NCBI GenBank assembly: GCA_002104905.1
Contig: MCFE01000177.1
Location: 78,353-142,352 of the forward strand
Source of the DNA: Basidiobolus meristosporus CBS 931.73
Lineage: Eukaryota; Fungi; Basidiobolomycota
Length of the DNA: 64,000 nt
Reading direction: 5' to 3'
Part shown: positions 39,975 through 52,912 of the stretch, piece by piece
Layout: each line of letters starts with the position of its first letter
Position numbering within the stretch: the stretch's first letter is position 1
The notes under the pieces: model-generated
What the model was told of the DNA's origin: nothing
The model's input: only the letters and a program-made list of their open reading frames with translations
Database searches by the model: none
Program-made: the position numbers and the translations under genes

Positions 39975-42900
39975 TGTTGTAAAAATTTGTATTTCCACCT
40001 AAATATTCACCTAACTTAGTCACTTAGATCATCACCTTCCAATCCTAGAGAATACTGACCAAATTCCTTGTCGGGATTTACTTAGAATATTTTCACCAAA
40101 ATACCAGGTACCCAGAACATGAAAATTCTCAAAGTTGTCCAAACAGCCCCAAACTTTGCACACATGTTCTTGGGACCTTCCTTAGCCTATTCTACGTGTT
40201 TGTTATGCCAAGACCAGGTAAAAGTATAAACACTACTTTTACATTCAATAAATCATTAAGTGAAAACCACATAATCTACTTGTCCTCCCAATCACTTCCA
40301 ATATCTCCAAGACTCTTACAACAGATTATGAGCCCCAAGCTGTCACTCTCTGCAATGTCTACTACTGCTATTACTGGAATTTTTCCCTCTGCTGAAAAGT
40401 TGGATGGCTCTAACTACCAAGTGTGGAAGGTGAAGATGAAGATGCTGCTACAAGAAAGAGGCCTTTGGGATATTGTCATGGGAGAAGAATGCCCTCCTAA
40501 AAACGTGGGAGAGGAAGCCTTAAAGTACCAGAAGAAAGAACAAAGTGCCTTTAACTGCATTTGCCTTAATGTCAAGGACAAATTGCTAATTCAATGCTCA
40601 AGAGCAAAAACGGCAAAGAATGCCTGGAAGGCATTAGAAGACACCTACCAGTCATGTTCAGCTGCCAAGAAAATGTATCTGAGAAGAAAATTCTTTACTA
40701 CAAAGATGCTGCCAGGAGAAGAAATGAAAAATCTAATTAACAGAATTACCCTGCTGGTAGATGAGATGGACTCTGTGGGCGTACCAACTACTGATGAGGA
40801 TGTGATAGTTACCATCCTGAATAGCCTGACAGACAAGTTTCAGGGCCTTGTATCAGCCCTAGAGTCCAGAACTGAAGATTTGACCTTAAATTACGTATAT
40901 GGAAGGCTCCTGGATGAAGAATTAAGAAAATCAAGCGCCAATAAGAAGGAAGAAGAAAATGCTTTAATAAGCAATGATAACCAACAAAGGAGGTACCCAA
41001 GACCCTACAAAGGCAACAACAACCTATTTTGCAACTACTGCAAAAGGAAAGGACACACATCGGACCGGTGTTTCAAAAAGAGAGATTATCAGCAAAAGAA
41101 GCCTGAATATGGAAATGCTGCAACAACTGAAGATAGACTATTCATATCTGCACTAAATATGACCACAAACAAGGATTCTCAGATGTGGTATATTGACTCT
41201 GGAGCTTCTCAACACTTTACACACCAAAAAGAACTTTTTACCCAATATCAAGAAATTCCAATTAAGAAGGTTTTCATGGGTGACAATGGAACACTTGATG
41301 CAGTTGGAGAAGGAACTATCTAAGTAAACCTTAGAAGCAGTGAAGGAAGCCATACACTGACCTTTAAAGAAGTACTCTATGTACCAGAAATAGCCAAGAA
41401 CCTACTCTCTGTAAGCAAGGCCACAGCAGAAGGACTCAGTTTCAGTTTTGACAATTCTGGATGCAGGATCACTGATCAAAATGGTGCCCATATTGCTTTG
41501 GGCATCAGAGATCAGAATCTATACAAGTTGACTTATATTCCATCATATCTGGAAGCCAATATAAGTAACTTAAATGAAGAAACACCAATGCTTTGGCACA
41601 GGAGATTTGGACACATCAATTTTGATTATTTGTGTAAAATGATCAAAGATCAGCTAATTTCTGGAGTGAAAATTGATCCCCCAGCTAATTTGGAGCACTG
41701 TGAAGCCTGCATATATGGGAAACAAGCCAGACAACCGTTCAAGAGCTCTGGGTTAATCAAAACTAAGAAAAAATTAGATCTAATTCACTCAGATCTGTGT
41801 GGACCTATGCAAAATTTATCCTTAGGCGGGATGAAGTATTTAATCACTTTTATTGATGATTATACAATATACACATGGGTCTACTTCATGGAGAGAAAGG
41901 AAGAAGCTCTGTCTAAGTTCAGGGAGTTTAAAGCCATGGTGGAGAGAGAAACTGGTGAAAAAATCAAGAAAATACGCTCTGACAATGGTGGAGAATATAC
42001 CTCAAAACTCTTCATCCACTTCTGCAAAATTCATGGGATAAAGCAAGAGACTACTGTACCATACTCCCCACAGCAAAATGGAGTAGCAGAACGAGCTAAC
42101 AGATCAATAATTGATATGGCAAGATCTATGATCCATGATCAAAAATTATCCTATGATTTTTGGGTGGAATCAGTTGCCACTGCTGTATACCTTAAAAATA
42201 GGAGTTATAACAGAATACTTTGTGATTCTACTCCATTTGAAGCATGGTATGGATACAGACCAAGTGCAGAACATCTAAGAATATTTGGGTGTACAGCATA
42301 TGCCAAAAAACTGGCCAGAAATCAGTCAAAATTTGAGCCAAAAAGTGTAAAATGCATATTTTTGGGCTACTGCAATGAGAGTAAGGCATACAGACTCTAC
42401 AATACCAAAGCAAAGAAGCTGATCAAGTCCAGGGATGTGTTGTTTGATGAAAATTTAAAATTTTCACAAAAAATGACATCAGATGATGACAAAAATTTGA
42501 TCTCAAGTCCACCAATTGTCAGGATTGAATCAGAGCAAAACAATGAAAATTTTTTCACTCCAGAGGACTCTACAACCGTGGTTCAGCCAGAATCAGTGCC
42601 CAGGAATATTCCAGAAGTGATCATTCCAGTATCAAATGCCCGGAGACCAAATTGGACAAGAAATAGCCCAAATTACTATATCAATGAGGGTACAAACTTA
42701 GCCTATGCCTATTCAGTCCATATTGATGAGCCCCAGACTGTAAAAGAGGCCCTAAATAGCCCTCAGACAAAGTTTTGGAGATCTGCAATGACTGAGGAAT
42801 ATCAGGCCCTGATGGAAAATTAAACTTGGGACTTAGTCAAATTACCAATCAACCGAAAATCAATTGGATGCAGATGGGTCTTCAAGACAAAATACAAGGC

Positions 42901-44659
42901 TGATGGTACAATTGAAAGATACAAAGCAAGACTTGTGGCCAAAGGATACTCTCAAACAAAAGGACTTGACTATACTGAGACCTTTGCACCGGTAGCCAAG
43001 TTTAATTCCATCAGATTAATATTGGCTATTGCAGCCAAATATAAGTTTTTTATTCATCAAATGGATGTAAAAACTGCATTTTTGAATGGAGAACTTGAAG
43101 AGGATGTGTATATGAACCAGCCTGATGGGTTTGTTGACCAAGATAACCCCCATTTGGTCTGCAAGCTTAAAAAGTCACTATATGGTCTCAAACAATCACC
43201 GAGAGCCTGGAATTGCAAGATAGATTCTTATTTGGAATCTTTGAGTTTCAAAAGGAGTAATGCTGACTATAGTATATACTATAAGCCAGATAGAGCAAAT
43301 CCAGTTCTATTAGCTCTATATGTGGATGATCTTATTATAGCCGCCAATAACCTAGAAACATTGGAAGAGACTAAATCCAGCCTATCTAAGGAGTTCAAGA
43401 TGTCCGATCTAGGAGAACTTAGTTACTACTTAGGGATTAAGTTCTCCATAGACAGAAGTACCCAGACTATTACCCTAAGCCAATTCAAGTATATTCAAGA
43501 TATACTAAAGAAGTACAAAATGGAAGACTGTAAGCCGGCAGCTACCCCAATGGAGACAAACCTTAACTTGGTCAAAACTCAACCAAATCAAGAGAGCTTG
43601 GTGCCATCTGAAAGCCCTGACTTTCCTTATCAATCTATGGTCGGCAGTCTGATGTATATCATGCTTGGAACACGTCCAGATATCTCATATTCAGTGGGAG
43701 TTGTCAGCCAACATAATCAGAATTATGGATCTGATCATATTGCAGCAGTTAAGCGGATTTTTAGATACCTACAAGGAACTGCTGATATCTGCTTAAGATA
43801 CACTTATAATGATTCAGAACAGGATCTTGTGGGATACTCTGATGCTGATTGGGGACGAAATTTGGAAGACAGAAGATCCACCACAGGATACACCTTTCTT
43901 TACTGTAAAGGAGCAATTTCATGGAATTCAAGAAAGCAACCAACCGTAGCACTTTCTACTACAGAGGCAGAGTATATGGCAGCCTGTGAAGCTACAAAAG
44001 AAGCAATGTGGTTAAGAAAACTCTTTACAGATTTAGGCCTATGTCAAAAAACGCCTATTACTTTATTTCAAGATAATCAAGGATGTATACAATTAGGTAG
44101 AAATCCAACTTTTCATGCTAGAACCAAGCACATAGATATTAGACATCATTTCATACGTGAAGCTATAGAGAGTACCTTAGTTAGCTTAGTTTACTGTCCT
44201 ACAGATGAAATGATTGCAGACATATTTACCAAACCATTAGCTAGAGACAAGTTTGAATATCTTAGGTCAAAATTAGGACTAGTCAGTATGAGCATTTAGC
44301 TGAGTGGGAGTGTTGTAAAAATTTGTATTTCCACCTAAATATTCACCTAACTTAGTCACTTAGATCATCACCTTCAAATCCTAGAGAATACTGACCAAAT
44401 TCCTTGTCGGGATTTACTTAGAATATTTTCACCAAAATACCAGGTACCCAGAACATGAAAATTCTCAAAGTTGTCCAAACAGCCCCAAACTTTGCACACA
44501 TGTTCTTGGGACCTTCCTTAACCTATTCTACGTGTTTGTAATGCCAAGACCAGGTAAAAGTATAAATACCACTTTTACATTCAATAAATCATTAAGTGAA
44601 AACCACATAATCTACTTGTTCTCCCAATCACTTCCAATATCTCCAAGACTCATACAACA
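39975..44659 (+). mobile_element. Near-intact copia family B element; 349-bp LTRs (39975-40323, 44311-44659), no matching TSD
   Basis: LTRs differ at 7 of 349 positions by manual comparison. PBS GATTATGAGCCC at 40324, PPT GAGTGGGAG at 44302-44310, flanks CTATG versus GAAAA. Confidence 0.97.
40355..44299 (+). pseudogene. Copia gag-pol single frame with two nonsense codons (TAA at 41321 and 42821)
   Basis: Track ORFs 40196, 41498 and 42935 share one frame. CCHC knuckle, WYIDSGAS protease, integrase (HSDLCGP, SDNGGEY, QNGVAER), RT YVDD, RNase H. The sister copy has GAA and CAA at the two stop positions. Confidence 0.95.
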
Positions 44660-44956
44660 GAAAATTCCAGTATTAGCAATTGTAGACATTGCAAAGAGTG
44701 ACAGTGTGGGGCTCATAACCTGATGTAAAAGCCTTGGAGATATAGGTTTAGGAAGGTCCCAAGAAAATGGGTGCAAAGTTTGGGGCTATTTGGACAACTT
44801 GGAGGATATTGTGATATGGGTACCTGGTATTTTGGTGAAAATATTCCAAGTAAATCCTAACAAGAAATTTGGTCAGTGTTCTCTAAGACTTTTAGATAAT
44901 GATCTAAGTGACCAAGTTAGATGAATAATTAGGCGGAATGACAATTATTTATAACA
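44660..44956 (-). mobile_element. Inverted copia-B 5' end (internally deleted LTR 44721-44956, PBS, first gag codons) abutting the 3' LTR of the intact copy
   Basis: Minus strand reads TGTTATAAA...CA-GGTTATGAGCCCC...ATGTCTACAATTGCTAATACTGGAATTTTC. Confidence 0.85.
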
Positions 44957-44999
44957 CAGGCCTCAGAAGTAATGAAGACCAATACAAACTTCCCCTTGA

Positions 45000-45600
45000 G
45001 GAAGTACTCCATATACCAGATGTAACCAAATACCTCCTATCTGTAAGCAAGGCCACAGGAGAAGAATTCTAACTCAGTTTTGACAATGTGAATGCATTAC
45101 CAACAATCAAAATGGTGCCCATACATGCTCTGGGTGCCAGTGATCAGAGTCTATACCAGCTAAATTATATTCCATTATATCTGGCAGTCAATATAAGCAG
45201 CTTAAATGAACAACTACCAATGCCTTGGCACAGGTGATTCTGACACCTCAATCTGATCTGTTTGAGCAAAATGGCCAGATATTGGCTAACTTCCAAAGCT
45301 GTATATCTTAAAGGTAGGAGTTATTGCAGAATACTTTATGATTCTACTCCATTGAGGCATGGTATGGATGTAAACCAAGTGCAGTGCACCCAAGAATATT
45401 TGGTTGCATGGCATATTCCAAGAAGCTGCCCAGAAATCAGTCTAAATTTGGGCCCGGGAGTGTAAGATGCTTTTTTTTTTAGGGCAACTGCAATGAGAGT
45501 AAAGCATGCAGACTCTACAATACCAAAGAAAAGAAGCTGATCAAGCTCAGGGATGTGTTGTTTGATGAATATTCAAAACTTCACAAAAAGTGACATAAGC
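45000..45600 (+). pseudogene. Deleted copia-B protease/integrase fragments
   Basis: Patches match 41360-41610 and 42180-42470. Confidence 0.7.
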
Positions 45601-45921
45601 CAGAAGATTCAAGTGTTTTATTTCGCTCACCACATACAACATCACCTATTGTGAGTACCACTCGTTGGGTGAGCCTACTTCAATTGCATTCACGTAAGTT
45701 GAGATCATTTGGATAAAATACTGCGGTTGGTAAAGCGGGGGAATTTCGATTTTGGGCTTGAGGCTTCCGTGTCAACTCATGTCATCAGTGTCTGCAGAGG
45801 TAGCCCCTGTTGTGGGTAGTCGTCGACTTGGGGTGGTTTTCTCATACGCGACCAGCAATTTGATTCAATGCTTAGGCAGATTGCATGTATGTACTTCAGG
45901 TGGTGTTGTCGATCATCTCAG

Positions 45922-46698
45922 TTACTCGGCCATTGTCGAATTATCAGTAGTATCTTTGGTGGGGACCAGCTTAAAATATGGGCAATTCTGGATGATATGA
46001 TCCGTTCTCCGGCATCCCAAGCAGCGGCGTGGTTGTCTGAAAGGGGGTTTCCAGGCTGTGTTCTCGTTTGGTAAAGTCTTCCGAAGTATCTCTGCCACCT
46101 CCACTTCCATTTTATTCACCCTCTTGGTCAGGGCCTCAATTTCCAAGTACCGGGGTTTCGGGGTAGTGGTGGCTAAGCTGAAATGCCTTCCATTTCTTAT
46201 CATGTCATATTGCTCTTCCTCCTCGGCATAAGCAATAGCTTCATCCATAGTTGCGGGTTTACATCTGCGCACCTCTAATCTAATCCTTGGATTAAGTACA
46301 CCCAAAAAGATCTGGACCCTCTCTTGCTCATCATTATATTCTAGTTGAGAGAGTAGCCGCACTACTTGTGTGGCAACCTCCGATACTGCTTTCTCATCCT
46401 GTCGTAGAGAGCGAAGAGTTTGTCTCCAAGTATCGATTCGGGCGGCGGTAACATATCTCTCCTTGAATCGTTCTTTAAAGGTCGGCCAGTCCGTTAGCTC
46501 CGATTCGCGGGCTTCAAACCAGATAGCTGCCGAGTCTCTCATATAGGCTCCGGCAATCATTGGTAGCTCCTCAAATCTCCAATGGTTGACACGTTGACCG
46601 ATCTCGCATTGTTTCAGCCAGCCTATAGGGTCCTCTTCGACATTCCCAGAGAAATTTCGAACTGTAAACAGACATATTCCATTGGTCGTTGTAGTCAT
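45922..46698 (-). CDS. Ty3/gypsy-type Gag (capsid + CCHC zinc knuckle), no pol or LTR detected
   Basis: FSG..EDP..WL, A..WF...WxxFKERF..RY, L.Q and CLGCRRTDHIIQNC motifs. Uninterrupted 258-aa frame. Confidence 0.8.
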   Translation of the reverse strand: MTTTTNGICLFTVRNFSGNVEEDPIGWLKQCEIGQRVNHWRFEELPMIAGAYMRDSAAIWFEARESELTDWPTFKERFKERYVTAARIDTWRQTLRSLRQDEKAVSEVATQVVRLLSQLEYNDEQERVQIFLGVLNPRIRLEVRRCKPATMDEAIAYAEEEEQYDMIRNGRHFSLATTTPKPRYLEIEALTKRVNKMEVEVAEILRKTLPNENTAWKPPFRQPRRCLGCRRTDHIIQNCPYFKLVPTKDTTDNSTMAE

Positions 46699-48155
46699 AG
46701 TAGGCAGAAATCCTTCGTTTTAGGTAGGCTTACTTGATAAAGGGCACCGGCTGCAGGCAGCAAATCTGCAATCACTAATAAGCAGATGTTCTCACTAGAA
46801 CGTCAGGGTACAGATCGTGAGGCTAGTGGTAGATTCGGGGAAGTAAGAAGGAATTATCTCTGGCACTACTTCCTGGGGGCTATATTCTGCCCTTCGTTCA
46901 TTCATCTTGTGGTTATTTATAGTTGCGCCGAGTTGTGGTTTCACTGATGCACTTCAGATCTGGTATTCGTTTCAGCAATTAGCAGCTCATTGCAGCAGCA
47001 ATAAGAAGCACAATTGAAGCATATCACTCCCTGACAAAGCAGATAACCGGGAAGCGCTTACGTAGATTTGAAGTGACGACAGAAAAGTGTTTCTCAAGAT
47101 GTTGTGACCGGTACTGCAGAAATACTCTCAAGTCAATATTCGACTCTGCTGACTCACCATTCGCTTTCCAGCCCAGAGGTACTCTTCCATGTTGTGCCGG
47201 CTATCTTGATGTGATTCAAAGTACATACAGTTTCATACAATCATTTGTGATTTCTCATCTCTTGATCCATGCCTGATTCCTGCCCACATACTATGGCTTT
47301 GGCTAAATCTTGCTTTCTTTTAGGTTTTAGACTGGAATGATTTCACGTGAAATAGCTGCTCTGATGAGATGCAGATATGTAGACTGACCATGATGACAGG
47401 CCAGGAAAGAAGGGAACAAGCGTCCTTTGTCCTAGATTGCCTGATAGCGGTAGGATTCGTGTATTGTTGTTTTCTCGGTGAGCATTTACCAGGGCGAGGG
47501 TTTCTGGCTTTACCGATATCCCCCGGAGTCACTTTCAGTGGATAGTTTAAGGGCTAGGCGAACTGTGGGGATTGTAACAGCAAAAAATGGTTACGCTTGT
47601 CAATTACGCCATTGGCTGAACGATGTTCTAGATAAATCGTTACGGTCGAACTAGGCTATAAGGGAGTAGGGAGCCTTATCTGTTTAGGCCATCTGCGATA
47701 TCTGGAAGCTGCTACGTACATTCGGGGTGGTAGTAGGAAGGTATCGCTAGTGATGTTGCGACCGTTTCCACAGAAACAATTCAAACTGATGTCCGCTTCT
47801 ACAGATTTTCTTGCTTTCAATAACTGTATAACCCTTGTTGTGCTGTTTGTCAGGAATCTAGACGTGGTTGTAAGCGTATGCCGTTTAGCCCCATTGTTTC
47901 TAATCTTATTTCTTTATAGAGGCGTAACTGAGTCTTGCATATATGCTATGGCTTTGATTAGCCTTGGTTTTCGACTGCTGCCGTGGCAAAATCATCAAGT
48001 GAAATGGCTGGGCGTCCACAGTCTTCGGAGTCTTGGGCATCCACTCTCATCAACGATAGCCCCCCCCCCTCCTCCCATATAGTGGCAAAAAGGCGTGAAT
48101 GGGTAAGTGTTACTTTATTAGCATGTTGTAGTCAGTATCTAACGTAGGGATTGAA

Positions 48156-49169
48156 TCACGCCCACTTCTCCATATCTAAAGTGATCTTTCCTATCACGGA
48201 GCCGGCCTCTATCTTCTTCAGGGCAGCAAGAAGCCCATCCAGCGAGAATTCAGTCGTTTCAGTAACCGTAGGCATCATGACTCCTGCATCCATCAAATCG
48301 GCCACCTGGTTCAAAATTGCCGATTGCGAGCTCATGTTGTGATTGAGAACGCTTTTGGTGAACATGTTTTCCCAGGAAAAGGACAGAGACCTGCTCATGT
48401 CAGTGAACGGTAGGGACTCTGAATCCTTCACGATACTCACTATCCGCCCAAATGGGTTGACGATGTTTTGGGCGATGGGTAGGTATTTTTGGGTAGAATG
48501 ACAGATGAACATATAATCCACCGTTAATCCAAGCGAGTCTAGTTGCGGTTTGAGATCATCTCGATGGTTGATAACGTGCGTGGCCCCCATCTTTCTACAC
48601 CATTCCCGGGTCTCAGGACGTGAGGCGGTGGTGATGATATTCTCCAGTTTCAAAACCTTGGATGCTATCTGTGTGGCAATTGAACCGACCCCGCCTGCTC
48701 CGTTGATAATCAAGAGAGATTTGGGGGTTCTGACTTCGGGATTAGTCGGGATAGGAATCAAAAGCTGCTCAACAAGTGCTTCCCAGGCGGTGATGGCTGT
48801 CAGCGGAAGCCCGGCGGCTTCAGTAAATGAAAGCGTTTTTGGCTTTCTACCAACAATCCTTTCATCAACCAATGTATACTCCGAGTTGGAGCCGGGGCGA
48901 AATATCGAACCAGCGTACATAACCTCATCGCCGACTTTGTACTGTTGCACTTTGTCTCCGACTGCTTCCACAATGCCAGCGCCATCCCAACCGAGTACCA
49001 AGGGGAATTGATGACTGAACCACCCAGAACGGGCCAGGTTGTCAACGGGGTTTACGGAGACTGCCCGGTTACGGACCAAGATGTCGGTACCGGTTGGGAC
49101 CGGCTTTGGAACATTTGCTTCTTCCAAGTCGGAGCCGGTTCCAGCGCTTATTTGTTGAATCACCTTCAT
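48156..49169 (-). CDS. Medium-chain dehydrogenase/reductase (zinc-binding ADH family, quinone-oxidoreductase-like, no Zn ligands); intronless
   Basis: AVSVNPVD, LGWDGAGIVEAVG, GSNSEYTLVDERIVGRKP, EAAGLPLTAITAWEAL, Rossmann GAGGVG, GKI near the C-terminus. Confidence 0.93.
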   Translation of the reverse strand: MKVIQQISAGTGSDLEEANVPKPVPTGTDILVRNRAVSVNPVDNLARSGWFSHQFPLVLGWDGAGIVEAVGDKVQQYKVGDEVMYAGSIFRPGSNSEYTLVDERIVGRKPKTLSFTEAAGLPLTAITAWEALVEQLLIPIPTNPEVRTPKSLLIINGAGGVGSIATQIASKVLKLENIITTASRPETREWCRKMGATHVINHRDDLKPQLDSLGLTVDYMFICHSTQKYLPIAQNIVNPFGRIVSIVKDSESLPFTDMSRSLSFSWENMFTKSVLNHNMSSQSAILNQVADLMDAGVMMPTVTETTEFSLDGLLAALKKIEAGSVIGKITLDMEKWA

Positions 49170-50199
49170 GTTTTAGATGATGAAAAAGTTTTGCTTGAAT
49201 CCCCTTTTTATATCAATGCAGCCACTTTGTAATCCGGTCGTTTGATCGGTGCTGGTAACGAAAATACTGGATTAGTAATTGATCGCCTAAATCACCCGAA
49301 AAAGATTTTGTTGGCTTGCTACAAGGACGCGACTGAATCCTGTCCATGCCAAACAGAATGGCGAGGATGCATTTGCTCTCCACCAATATCAGGAGATTTG
49401 TGGACTCTCTGCGTTGGAAATGGCCACTATCATTACTAAATTGGATGGCAACTACTTGCGTCATCGAATCACTCGATTATGCGACATGGCTAGTAATTGT
49501 ATGAAACATATCTGGCAAGGTGGGACTACCTTGATTGGTTGGGTCTAATGCAATGATGTTTTGGGAGGCCTATCGGAGAATTTCCAGTCATAACGGCTTC
49601 TTTTGGAAGCCGATCGGGGAATATTTGATTCGCTCAACAGCTGCAGTGGAATCAACATTCGAATTTCTGTAGAACATGCGAACACTAATAGACAGGCTTT
49701 CCATTATAGGCAGTCAGGTAAAACTTTGTACGAATGAATTTTTACATATTCCGGTGCCACAATTTCGCTTCTCAAAACAACCAGGCCAGGTTTGGTGGAA
49801 TCCAGATGATCGCAGGAAACAAAAAAGTGTTGAAGCGGCTATATACGATTGAGACTCTGCTCATCTAATTTCGACAGTGTAGATGCTGCGATACTCGTGA
49901 TATGGTACTACGTGTCCCTGATTTCAATTCGGTGCTGACTGCCGGTGCCCCGTTGCGTGCCACACTGCAAGCTCTTCGCAATCCTTTATCCTAACGTAGA
50001 GTGTCCTGTTATTGATTGAGGGGAACTAGGTGGAGGCAGAGTAACCTGGAACCTAAAGGTGTGTATATAGGCTGCAAGTAGGAACCGCCAAGTTACACCC
50101 TCCCAAGTGTGCATGATTGTTGTCCCATTTGGACATTTAGCTGGGGTAGGATACACTAGGGTTAGCGGCCAATTTGTATATCTTGTGGCAGGAAGATAG

Positions 50200-52030
50200 G
50201 GATTGGGTGTGATCGGGATGGGATGAGCAAGAAGTTCATTTTGAACATTGTAGCATGAAGGTGACCCCTAGAATAGCTTTGGTGCTCAAAACTGATAACA
50301 TTACAGTGCATCAACTGGAGTGAAAATGAAATGCTGTATGCCTATTGATCATCATACTTGATATTCTAGTACACCGTTAAGTAAAAATGGGCTTAGTGGA
50401 AAATGTGGATAGTTATTAGGATGTCACTGTATCAAGCCCTTCCTATCCCATGTTGCAAAATACTGAAATCAGTAATGTGGCCTCCAATAAAGGCTGTAAC
50501 CTAAGCCAATATGCTTTGTATTCCTCCAAGAACTATGCCATAGGTAAATGTATAACATCACTCTTATCCATATAGTGGATTCAAGACACCTTATCATTTT
50601 GGCATACATCAATACAATAAAATACAGGGACATTTATGCGAAATTTGAAAATTCGAGTGAATCTGTAATCTGTATTACTACTGCACAGGAAATACTATAT
50701 AGGCAGCATTTCATATATGTGAGTGATAACAAAGGATGAGTGTTGCTCTGTGAATCATACATGAGGCTTTTTATCTAGATATTGTTAGGAAATTGTTAAA
50801 TGATTAGAGAGTGTTTATTAATTAATGCTTTGTAGATGAATGTTATTGAAGCAGAGTTGAGTATTATATGATACTTATATGAGATCTAAAAGCTCTTCTA
50901 ACTCTTTAGATCTTGCATAAGGGAAAAAATATGTGTGTTCTAACCTTCTAAGTGGGAAAACAACATTCACCAAACATGATATCTTTACTTATAATGGAAA
51001 GTAGAGCAGCCAAGTTAGAGCTTAGGCTTGAGCAAGGGTGAGGGTGGACAAAAGTTACTAAGAAATGATAGCTTCATTTACCTAAGACAAGCATTTAGGC
51101 AAGCCAAGTATATCTGAGGTTATTCCTGGAGACTAGGTGTGAGGGTCATCTGCTGTTGAGTCTTGGACATATTGGAAGTGATTACAAAAACAGCAGATGA
51201 TGTGGCTTTTAGTGTAAGATCTTTGAATATACTGGCAGTAACTAGGAGAGTGAGTAGTTTTTGGAGACACTGAAAGTGATTGGAAGAATAAGTAGATCGT
51301 GTAAATCTCACTTATTCACTCTAGTTTGAAAAGGTAGTATTGATACTTTTATATAGTCTTGTACAGCATAGAGATTTCTCATGCTCTGAGTACTGAATGG
51401 TTTTGTTGAAAAAAATATTCTAAGCAAGTGATGATCAGGAATATAGACATAATACTACAAGATTTGTAGACTCTTATCCAGGTGTTTAAGTTAAGAAAAT
51501 ATTTAGGTGTAACTATAAATCTTACATGATTCTCACTTGATTAAGCATATGTATTAACTAGGCCTAGTTGTAAGTTTGTATGTACATACCTTATCAGTAC
51601 AAGTATTGTTTATTTCCCTAAAAACTTCTAACAATTGACAATAATGTAGACATGTTGTAAGTTCCATATATACACCTAATTATTCCCCTATCTTGGCCAT
51701 CCAGAGCCTTAGCATTTCTTGCCCAAACTCTTTGTTGGGATTACTTAAAATATTATCACTGATATGCCAAGTGCTCAGAATATGAGAATTTGACAAGTTG
51801 TCCAAATGCCTCAAACTTTGCACACATATGCTTGGAGTCCTCCTAAACACATTGAACATGTTTGCTTTGACCATCAGAAGCATATATATCACTTTGACAT
51901 TGAATAAATCTTTGAGTGAAAACCATGTATGTGCTAGTTCTCTTAACCATTTGCAATATCCCCAAGACTCTCTTAGCAAAATGAAGCAAGTCCATTCAAA
52001 GACAGTCACAAACATAGCAAAACTCCTACA
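50200..52030. mobile_element. AT-rich copia debris: minus-strand RNase H relic and two decayed copia-B-like LTR segments (~51240-51520 minus, ~51700-51980 plus)
   Basis: Patchy similarity to the family B LTR and RNase H region. CpG nearly absent. Confidence 0.5.
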
Positions 52031-52912
52031 ATAGGTGGCTAAGAAATATTAAATAATTGGTAAAGCACTCTAAGCTGGGCAGGAGGTAGTTCCAAAACTA
52101 TGATAGGAGAGTATAATCAGAGAGGAGTATATTGCTACGCAAGGTAAATCAGGGCGGAGTGATGGCAATAGTAGTGGTTCCAATAAGCTGGCAATTCTTG
52201 AAAACAGACATTAATAAAAAAAAGACTTGAAATACAAGCTGTCAAGACCGTGGTAAAAATACATCCTAAAAGTCTCCATCGGGGATAAACTGCTTGTTTT
52301 GAGAACTTTAGAGAAGTTGAAAGTATTTGCGGGAGCTGGTAGATTGTTTGGATTTCACTTATCCCTATGTTGCAAGTGGTAATCATATCTCCACTTGCAC
52401 CAGGTCTTGGAAACACTAACAATGTTCAGAAGGTAAGAAACATTTTTCCCATGGTTGCGTAGTGGCCAAAGTAACCTTTTAGTTACAAAAGGTCTTTGAA
52501 GACGTAGTTGCTCCGATTTTAGGCCATAGATTACCATGTTGTAGAGCCTCCCAAACCACCGTTGCAATATCCTTGTCATGGAGGGGCTCTGTGCCTCTCC
52601 AAAGTACTTTCCATACGGTCTTCAATCTATAGAAATGTGATATGAAAGACCGGACAAAAAAAGGTTACGAACAAAAGCAGTATACCTGTGTTGGCACAGG
52701 TGTAATTCGATCAAGAAAAGATGAATCATGAGGTCATTCTTCTGATTTCCATACTACCACGGAGGGGACTATTTTATTGTGATTTATACGCCTGGACATC
52801 GTTCCCTTTTGCCACAACTCTATTCCTTTCCTCCAACCTTCCCACCTCTATACTTTGTCAATATTCTCACGTACTCCGCGCTTTGTCAGTAATAACATTT
52901 CTTCACAATACC

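Noticed and set aside
47350-47420. CTGATGAG as a hammerhead core
   Set aside because: No downstream stem II plus GAAA arrangement could be found.
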